NCBI GenBank assembly: GCA_964535515.1
Contig: CAZHTA010000001.1
Span: 49,707 to 113,706, forward strand
Origin: an uncultured Gammaproteobacteria bacterium
GTDB lineage: Bacteria; Patescibacteriota; Patescibacteriia; Magasanikbacterales; GWA2-37-8
DNA length: 64,000 bases
Reading direction: 5' to 3'
Below are positions 57,578-64,000 of this stretch, piece after piece; position 1 is the stretch's first letter; every line of letters starts with the position of its first letter. The position numbers and the translations under genes were made by a program. The notes beneath the pieces are model-generated. The model was given only the letters and a program-made list of their open reading frames with translations, made no database searches and was not told the origin of the DNA.

Positions 57578-59848
57578 ATGCGACGACGAATGTACCATTG
57601 TCAGCGCCGCCAAACTAGGGCGCCGCTTAATCTTAATCCGCAGATCAGCCACGGACTGTTGGCAATTTTTTTGTTTATCGTTGCTGGTTTAGCAACTCTA
57701 AGCTTTTTCTCCTTAGCTGGTGTTGCCGGTCAGTTTATCGATTCCCTACTTGCCCTACTTTTCGGACAGGTTCGATATTTCTTCCCAATTGTTTTAATAA
57801 CCTCAGCTGTTCTCTTAATTAAAGACATCGAATACAACTATCGCCACACCCATTCTTTGGGGGCAGTGCTTTTTTTCTTAAGTTTTAACGGTCTTGTTCA
57901 TTTAGGTAAACCTGTTGGTGAAATGGTAGATATTGCTTTGCAAGGATATGGTGGTGGTTTGATTGGTTTGGTTCTTGGTTGGCCACTAGGGAAATATGTT
58001 GGCTATTGGGGCGGACTCATGATTTTAATTGGCCTACTTCTTGTTGCTATCATCTTCCTTTTTAACACCTCACTCACCCGCTTAGTTGAACTACACAAAA
58101 AAGCCTTCCTCGCTTTAGGTTGGGCAGGCAAACAGTTAGTTGGGCTATTCGCCGGATTCAAAAAAACCGAAGATGTAAAGTTTAGCATCAAGGGTGATTA
58201 TCAAGCTGCTGTTGAGGAAGAAGAAGCTGAAGAGGAAGAAGAAAGATCGTTTAAACAAAAATCAATTGGTAAAGAAGCAGAGGAAGAGTCTGAAGATGAA
58301 GAGGAGGAAACCGAAGAAGAGGAAGAAGCGCCTACCTTAGGAGTACCTCGACCAGTGATAAAAGACTTACCAGACTTAGATATTCTTTACACTTCCAAAA
58401 GCAAGCCGTCAGCTGGTGATATTAAAGGCAACGCTGAAGTAATCAAAAGTACCCTAAGCAACTTTGGTATTGAAGTCGATATGGGCGAAGTGCGAGTTGG
58501 CCCAAGTGTTGCTCAGTATTCTTTTAAACCGGCTGCTGGTGTAAAGCTTACACGCATCACTACTCTCTCAAACGACTTGGCCTTGGCCTTGGCCGCTCAC
58601 CCCATTCGTATTGAAGCACCAATCCCAGGCAAATCACTCGTCGGTGTTGAAGTGCCAAACCAAAAAGTAGCCATGGTAACTTTGCGTGAATTACTAGAAG
58701 CACCTGAATTCCAAAATCGTCCACACAACATGATGATTGCATTAGGTAAAGACGTGGCGGGCAAAGTCTGGTTTGCCGATTTACCACGCATGCCCCACCT
58801 CTTGGTTGCTGGCGCAACTGGCTCTGGTAAAACTGTTTGTATTAACTCCATCATCTTAAGTTTGATTTATCAAAATACCGCTGAAACTCTACGTTTCATC
58901 ATGGTTGACCCAAAACGCGTAGAGCTAACTTTGTATAACGGCATCCCCCATCTTTTAACACCGGTCATTACTGACTCGCACAAAACTGTTAATGCCTTAC
59001 GTTGGACAATTAGTGAAATGGAGCGCCGCTTTGATGTGCTAGCCAAAGCAGGTAAACGTGACATTGGTACATACAACCTTAGCGCTGCTGAACCTCTACC
59101 ACACATTGTGTTTGTAATCGACGAACTCGCTGATTTAATGGCCACAGCTGCCTCCGAAGTCGAAGCCGGAATTATCCGTATTGCTCAGATGGCCCGTGCA
59201 GTTGGTATCCATCTAGTGGTTGCTACCCAACGCCCAAGTGTTGAGGTTATTACCGGTTTAATGAAAGCAAACATTCCTGGCCGCATCGCCTTCTCAGTCG
59301 CTTCCATTATCGACTCTCGCACTATCCTTGATTGCCCAGGAGCAGACAAACTACTCGGTCGCGGTGATATGCTTTTGTTAACCGCTGATATGTCAAAGCC
59401 AAAACGTATCCAGGGCGCCTATGTTTCCGAAGAAGAAATTGACCGCGTCGTTGAATATTTAAAAGGTGACGAACCGCCAACATATGATGAAACTGTAGTT
59501 GCTAAAGGTGGTAGTAGTAGTGGTACTGCCAGCATGTTTGGTGGACCAAGTGATGAACAAGACTCTTTATTTGATGATGCTAAAAAAACTGTAATCGAAT
59601 CAGGCAAAGCCTCTGCTTCGCTATTACAACGTCGCTTACGAGTCGGTTATGCCCGTGCCGCACGTCTCTTGGACGAATTGGAAGAAGCTGGTATAGTAGG
59701 ACCAGCGGAAGGCGCCAAACCCCGCGAGGTCTTTGTAGAACACCTACGCCAAGAAGAAGAGATTCCCGAAGAAGAACAGACAATGGATGCTGGCGGAACT
59801 GTCTTTGATGCTCCAGAAAAAAAGACCGACGAAGAAGAGAACATCTAA
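57578..59848 (+). CDS. ftsK: DNA translocase FtsK/SpoIIIE
   Basis: 4 TM N-domain, E-rich linker, motor domain with Walker A AGATGSGKT, C-terminal gamma winged helix. Start moved downstream of the extended -10 promoter TGaTATAAT at 57553-57561. The ORF-track start lies inside a terminator hairpin. Confidence 0.9.
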   Translation: MRRRMYHCQRRQTRAPLNLNPQISHGLLAIFLFIVAGLATLSFFSLAGVAGQFIDSLLALLFGQVRYFFPIVLITSAVLLIKDIEYNYRHTHSLGAVLFFLSFNGLVHLGKPVGEMVDIALQGYGGGLIGLVLGWPLGKYVGYWGGLMILIGLLLVAIIFLFNTSLTRLVELHKKAFLALGWAGKQLVGLFAGFKKTEDVKFSIKGDYQAAVEEEEAEEEEERSFKQKSIGKEAEEESEDEEEETEEEEEAPTLGVPRPVIKDLPDLDILYTSKSKPSAGDIKGNAEVIKSTLSNFGIEVDMGEVRVGPSVAQYSFKPAAGVKLTRITTLSNDLALALAAHPIRIEAPIPGKSLVGVEVPNQKVAMVTLRELLEAPEFQNRPHNMMIALGKDVAGKVWFADLPRMPHLLVAGATGSGKTVCINSIILSLIYQNTAETLRFIMVDPKRVELTLYNGIPHLLTPVITDSHKTVNALRWTISEMERRFDVLAKAGKRDIGTYNLSAAEPLPHIVFVIDELADLMATAASEVEAGIIRIAQMARAVGIHLVVATQRPSVEVITGLMKANIPGRIAFSVASIIDSRTILDCPGADKLLGRGDMLLLTADMSKPKRIQGAYVSEEEIDRVVEYLKGDEPPTYDETVVAKGGSSSGTASMFGGPSDEQDSLFDDAKKTVIESGKASASLLQRRLRVGYARAARLLDELEEAGIVGPAEGAKPREVFVEHLRQEEEIPEEEQTMDAGGTVFDAPEKKTDEEENI

Positions 59849-60510
59849 TGTCAATCTTTTGCATTAAAAAAATCACTCCTCCTGTCCATCTCGGACAGCT
59901 CTTAAAAGAAGCCCGCCTTAAAGCTGGCCTTACTTTGTTTTCCTTAGAACAAAAAACCAGAATCGCAGAAAAATATTTGCAGGCGATCGAAGAAAACAAC
60001 TACTCTATCCTACCACCTGCCCGTGCCTATCGCTTAGCTTACATTCGCGAGTTTGCTAATACTGTTAATTACAACTCTGAAAAAGCAATCTATCAATTTA
60101 TCAAAGAAAATGGATTGGGTGATATCAAAACAATCCACCCTCAAAGTGGAATTAAAAAAATGCAACTCTACTTTACCTCGTGGTTAGTCCGTAGTATTTT
60201 AATTATCGGCATCATCGTACTTTTTGTTGGCTACCTTGGCTGGCAAGTAAAAGGAATTTTAACTCCACCTGATCTCCAAGTATATTCACCAATCGAAGGT
60301 GCAATTATTAATCAAACCGAAATCGTTATCGAAGGTGTAACTGCAAAAGAAACGCACCTAACTATCAACGGACAAGAGGTACGGGTAAATGAACAGGGTA
60401 AATTTAGCACCACCTTAAATCTTTCTGTCGGGGTAAACACTCTAACCATTACCGCTACCAAAAAACACGGCAAAACCATCTCCATCGTACGTCACGTGGT
60501 GGTGAAATAA
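59848..60510 (+). CDS. RodZ-like HTH membrane protein
   Basis: N-terminal XRE HTH LGQLLKEARLKAGLTLFSLEQKTRIAEKYLQAIE, single TM, C-terminal beta domain. Start overlaps the ftsK stop. Confidence 0.6.
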   Translation: MSIFCIKKITPPVHLGQLLKEARLKAGLTLFSLEQKTRIAEKYLQAIEENNYSILPPARAYRLAYIREFANTVNYNSEKAIYQFIKENGLGDIKTIHPQSGIKKMQLYFTSWLVRSILIIGIIVLFVGYLGWQVKGILTPPDLQVYSPIEGAIINQTEIVIEGVTAKETHLTINGQEVRVNEQGKFSTTLNLSVGVNTLTITATKKHGKTISIVRHVVVK

Positions 60511-60590
60511 TCCACAATTTTACCCCCTTGCTCTTCAAACCATTACCCGATATAATACGGGTACTTTAATTTAAATTTTAAATTTACACT

Positions 60591-61652
60591 ATGCCTAAAG
60601 TTAGTGAGGAGGTAAAGAACAAGCTAAAAGCCGCTGAAACTGCTATTGAGCAAATCAAAGCTAAATTCGGTGAAGGCGCAATCATGACCTTTGGGGAGGG
60701 GCAAACTACGCACGTCGAATCAGTTACTACCGGTTGTCTTTCATTAGACGTTGCCTTGGGTGTAAGAGGCGTACCACGTGGCCGTATTATCGAAATCTAT
60801 GGCCCAGAATCTTCTGGTAAAACCACCCTGTCTCAACATATTATCGCTGAGGTACAAAAAACTGGTGGTATTGCCGCCTTTGTGGATGCAGAACATGCTT
60901 TTGATCCAGACTATGCTAGAAAAATTGGTATTAAGATTGAAGAGCTTCTAATCTCTCAACCTGACACCGGCGAACAGGCTTTAGATATCGTAGAAACATT
61001 AGTACGATCTAATGCCGTCGATATTATCGTCGTCGACTCAGTTGCGGCACTTGTACCAAGAGCAGAAATCGAAGGTGACATGGGAGATTCACACATGGGT
61101 TTACAAGCTCGTCTCATGAGCCAGGCACTACGTAAACTTACTGGTATTATCAGCAAGTCAAAAACCATCCTTGTTTTCATCAATCAGACTCGTATGAAGA
61201 TCGGCGTGGTCTATGGTAACCCAGAAACTACTACCGGTGGTACTGCTTTAAAATTTTACTCTTCTATCCGTATTGAAATTCGTCGCGCCGCCCAGATTAA
61301 ACAAGGCGACAAAGTGATTGGTAACCGAGTGAAGATAAAAGTAGTAAAAAACAAAGTAGCCGCACCGTTCCGCACCACTGAATTTGATATCATGTATAAT
61401 GAAGGAATTTCACTAAGTGGCGACACTCTTGATACTGGTGTGTTATTTAAAGTGATTGATAAAAAAGGTAATAGCTACAGCTTTGGTGAAGAAAAACTTG
61501 GTGTCGGACGCGAAGCTGCCAAAAGATATTTGAAAGAACACCCAGAATTAATGAAAAGAGCCTATGCCGCTGTCTTTGAAGCAGTACAAAGTGGTGAAGC
61601 ACCAGAAGAGGAAGAGGCTGAAGACGACGCACCATTGCCAACGGAAGAATAG
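60591..61652 (+). CDS. recA: recombinase RecA
   Basis: [10 protein letters not shown] Walker A, L1/L2 loops, acidic C-tail. Confidence 0.97.
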   Translation: MPKVSEEVKNKLKAAETAIEQIKAKFGEGAIMTFGEGQTTHVESVTTGCLSLDVALGVRGVPRGRIIEIYGPESSGKTTLSQHIIAEVQKTGGIAAFVDAEHAFDPDYARKIGIKIEELLISQPDTGEQALDIVETLVRSNAVDIIVVDSVAALVPRAEIEGDMGDSHMGLQARLMSQALRKLTGIISKSKTILVFINQTRMKIGVVYGNPETTTGGTALKFYSSIRIEIRRAAQIKQGDKVIGNRVKIKVVKNKVAAPFRTTEFDIMYNEGISLSGDTLDTGVLFKVIDKKGNSYSFGEEKLGVGREAAKRYLKEHPELMKRAYAAVFEAVQSGEAPEEEEAEDDAPLPTEE

Positions 61653-61666
61653 ACTAAATCTAAAAA

Positions 61667-61700
61667 CAAAAACACTTCCCGATTTGGGGAGTGTTTTTTT
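61667..61700 (+). terminator. recA terminator (direct-repeat copy A)
   Basis: caaaaacacttcccgatttggggagtgttttttt. Confidence 0.7.
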
Positions 61701-61743
61701 GTTTCTTTGCCTAGCGAAACTGATTGTATTTATTGGGTAAAGC

Positions 61744-61771
61744 ACACACATCATTGACAAAACCGCTATTT
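61744..61771 (+). promoter_or_regulatory. sigma70-like promoter TTGACA-16-TATTAT, upstream of the island 5 gene
   Basis: Read directly. Followed by an about 140-nt AT-rich leader containing the palindrome tcgccagtggcga (61873-61885). Confidence 0.5.
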
Positions 61772-61915
61772 TATGCTATTATATCCTGTTCTTTAAAAAC
61801 TATATCCCTTTTGGCAAAAGACGTAAATTATAAAATATTTACTTTTTCTACCAGAAGGGACAACGTACCAATCGCCAGTGGCGAGTATGGCGTGCCCCTT
61901 GAATTGAGGACTAAA

Positions 61916-62293
61916 ATGAGGAAAATCGCATTGGTTCTGGTTGCGGCCCTGTTCGTTCTGTCGACCGGTATCGGCATCTGGGACTGCTGGAGCAACACCA
62001 ACGGCGACGGATGGAACCCGTCGACCCCGGTCATCTCATTCGTGCTCGGCTACAGCCGGGTCGAACCCTGCACCTATTTGGGGCAGGAGGACGGGTGGGA
62101 CTGCACGACCTTTGACGGGGCCATCAACCCTCTCCCCTGGGCGTGGGTGGATGAGCCAAAAAAAGACGACATCCTGCACACGATCATCGTGATGACCCCC
62201 AAGTGGCTCGAATGGCTGGGGCTCCTGTTCGCGACGATCGCCCTGGCTGCTCCGCCGCCGCGCACAACCACGCTCAATCGTGGCAACATCTGA
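61916..62293 (+). CDS. small secreted/membrane-anchored Cys/Trp-rich protein (125 aa), high-GC island 5
   Basis: GAGGA then ATG. MRKIALVLVAALFVLSTGIG signal/anchor. CWSNTNGDGWNP...C...C...WAWVDEP. About 62% GC. Confidence 0.55.
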   Translation: MRKIALVLVAALFVLSTGIGIWDCWSNTNGDGWNPSTPVISFVLGYSRVEPCTYLGQEDGWDCTTFDGAINPLPWAWVDEPKKDDILHTIIVMTPKWLEWLGLLFATIALAAPPPRTTTLNRGNI

Positions 62294-62363
62294 GACCTCA
62301 CGGGTTCGGTAGCGCAATTCTTGCGCAAACACGAACCTGTGAATTCACACAGTTCTTAACACC

Positions 62364-62448
62364 GACCCTCCATAGCAGAAAAAAATTTTCTTCTGTGGAG
62401 GTGTTAGGAATATTACTTAAAAAGAAACGCATTTTGCGTTTCTTTTTG
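62364..62448 (+). terminator. two terminator hairpins after the island 5 gene
   Basis: cctccatagcagaa...ttctgtggagg and agaaacgcattttgcgtttct+TTTTT. Confidence 0.55.
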
Positions 62449-62478
62449 TGTTCATTTAAATAGTAAACCTAACCTAGA

Positions 62479-62510
62479 CAAAAACACTTCTAAATTTGGG
62501 GAGTATTTTT
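62479..62510. repeat. degenerate direct-repeat copy B of the recA terminator
   Basis: caaaaacacttctaaatttggggagtattttt versus copy A caaaaacacttcccgatttggggagtgttttt, about 28/32 identical. Confidence 0.75.
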
Positions 62511-62679
62511 CTAATTTTACAATCGATAAACAATCACAGGACTTACAATGCTCTTATGAACCGACCAGTCTGACCAACCCAAGATTAGCATCTACAAAAA
62601 CTACATCTCCAATCTTTAAAATCCTCGTGACATTTTGTCCTAATCACACAAGGTTTAGAATGTTTTTCATATTTAATTA

Positions 62680-63993
62680 TTATTTTTTAGCTTTCTGAAT
62701 AATCTTTACAATTCCAACGCTAGCATCAACTTCAATCAAATCCCCGTCTCCTATTATTTGTGTAGCATTTTTTGTGCCAATTACACACGGAACACCAAGT
62801 TCTCGTGACACAACAGCGGCATGACATGAGAGGCCGCCCTCATCGGTAACAATCGCACCAGCCCTTTTCATCCCCACAATAAAATCCGGCGTTGTCATGC
62901 TTGTAATCAATATTTCTCCATGTTTCAATTTTGTAATTTCCGATATTTTATTAATAACCCGGGCTTTACCAACAACATAACCGAGTGAAGCAGGGAAACC
63001 ATTAATTTGCCTAGTGTTAGTGTTCGCTTTATTAAAAGAATTCTCTATCTCACATACCAACTTTTTGGCAAACACCCCTGTTAACATCAAAATTTTTCCA
63101 TTTAACACCCCAATTATAAAACCTCTCTTTCTATCTTCTATCTCTTTCTTAGAAATATCTAATTTGCCATTTTTTAATGATTCAACAATTTCTTCATGGG
63201 TAAGACGCAAAAAATTATCACGACTTACTCCAAATTGTTTTGCCAAAAAAGGAAGAAACTTTTCATATGATTGCCACAACTGTTGCATCGACTCTTTGGT
63301 GTGATTTCTTAAATATATCCCTACTTGTAAAGCAACCACGATATGCTTAAGTGGGTGTTTAACAATTTTTGTTCTTACATTTACTGGTTGTTTTAACGTC
63401 AGCTCTTGTTTTAGTTCTTCTTTAGTATATGGTTCTGTTATATTATAACAATTTTTAATCCAAACAAATTTTATTAAATGTTCCTCCTCTAAATTTTTTA
63501 TTTTATTTTTTGTTTGTGCTTTTTTTATTTCAACCAAGGATTGAGTTACGAGATCTAAATCAAGCGCTCTATAAGGTACAGCATATTTTAACAAGGTCTT
63601 ATCTTTATTTTCGATAACTTTTTCACAATAATTAGTGAGCGGGACAGCAATAGCATAATATCTTGAATATTTTTTTTGAAGTTGAAAATATTTACTTATA
63701 CAGGCAATGCGTTCTTCGTTTGTTAAATTAGTCCATTTTTGTTGATTAACAATCTTAATAAATTTATTTTTTTGCTTGGACAAAGAATTAATTTCCGACA
63801 TTTTTTTTAACACCCAATTTTTTTCTTCAGCAAAAGCTGCGGGAATAATTTTATTCATTACTTTTTCTGTAGTTTTTGAATCAAACAAATTCAAATCATT
63901 TGCCCAGACAATATTTTTGTATGACACGCTTTGATTTTTAGTTAAAATAAATTTTTGGCAAACACCATCGGCAACCATCTGTTTAGACTGCAA
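62680..63993 (-). CDS. PEP-utilizing enzyme mobile-domain protein (PEP synthase/rifampicin-phosphotransferase-like); may extend beyond the window
   Basis: C-terminal GEILITSMTTPDFIVGMKRAGAIVTDEGGLSCHAAVVSRELGVPCVIGT, the phosphohistidine swivel domain. Confidence 0.65.
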   Translation of the reverse strand: MQSKQMVADGVCQKFILTKNQSVSYKNIVWANDLNLFDSKTTEKVMNKIIPAAFAEEKNWVLKKMSEINSLSKQKNKFIKIVNQQKWTNLTNEERIACISKYFQLQKKYSRYYAIAVPLTNYCEKVIENKDKTLLKYAVPYRALDLDLVTQSLVEIKKAQTKNKIKNLEEEHLIKFVWIKNCYNITEPYTKEELKQELTLKQPVNVRTKIVKHPLKHIVVALQVGIYLRNHTKESMQQLWQSYEKFLPFLAKQFGVSRDNFLRLTHEEIVESLKNGKLDISKKEIEDRKRGFIIGVLNGKILMLTGVFAKKLVCEIENSFNKANTNTRQINGFPASLGYVVGKARVINKISEITKLKHGEILITSMTTPDFIVGMKRAGAIVTDEGGLSCHAAVVSRELGVPCVIGTKNATQIIGDGDLIEVDASVGIVKIIQKAKK

Positions 63994-64000
63994 AAAACCA

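Noticed and set aside
1-64000. CRISPR arrays, rRNA genes, integrase/transposase genes
   Set aside because: No regularly spaced short repeats, no rRNA-like conserved stretches, and no recombinase-like ORF were seen. The islands therefore lack an obvious mobility enzyme.

Overview
The backbone of this window is a low-GC (roughly 35-40%) bacterial genome, and almost all of its genes lack a Shine-Dalgarno sequence. Several start codons sit only a few nucleotides after a near-consensus sigma70 promoter, so translation looks leaderless. Content and style fit a Candidate Phyla Radiation/Patescibacteria-type organism; that is inference.

Backbone genes I can support:
- Core information processing: rpoC, rpoB, guaB, class II B12-dependent ribonucleotide reductase (nrdJ) with a PduO-type cobalamin adenosyltransferase nearby, ruvB, pnp, rpsO, ftsK, recA, galU, an MgtA-like P-type ATPase.
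- Seven tRNAs: Leu-TAA, initiator-like Met-CAT, Gly-GCC, Gly-TCC, Arg-TCT, His-GTG.
- A HigB/HigA-like toxin-antitoxin pair.
- A three-gene type IV pilin-like operon.
- A cell-surface locus: a sugar-binding ABC substrate-binding lipoprotein, galU, a GT28 glycosyltransferase, and a tandem array of nine paralogous secreted two-helix proteins with hypervariable Cys-rich domains that resemble VirB2/TrbC-type pilins.

The most unusual signal is compositional. Five short islands of about 58-62% GC are embedded in the backbone, at 852-3430, 13199-15960, 21925-22270, 36000-37447 and 61860-62300.
- Each island carries 1-3 genes that start behind a canonical GGAGG ribosome-binding site, which the native genes do not use.
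- Each sits at an intergenic terminator position.
- At least three are bracketed by duplicated sequence: a 150-bp direct repeat, duplicated terminator copies, and a 33-bp duplication of the recA terminator. One has short terminal inverted repeats.
- None encodes an integrase or transposase.

The island proteins are a zinc-ribbon protein, a 184-aa protein with a displaced 51-aa C-terminal paralog fragment, a CTP-transferase-like membrane protein, an 818-aa acidic repeat protein, a 77-aa basic protein, a 437-aa protein, and a 125-aa secreted Cys/Trp-rich protein. I could not assign any of them to a known family from sequence alone. They are the best candidates for novel or horizontally acquired cargo. 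An assembly or bin chimera has to be excluded first.
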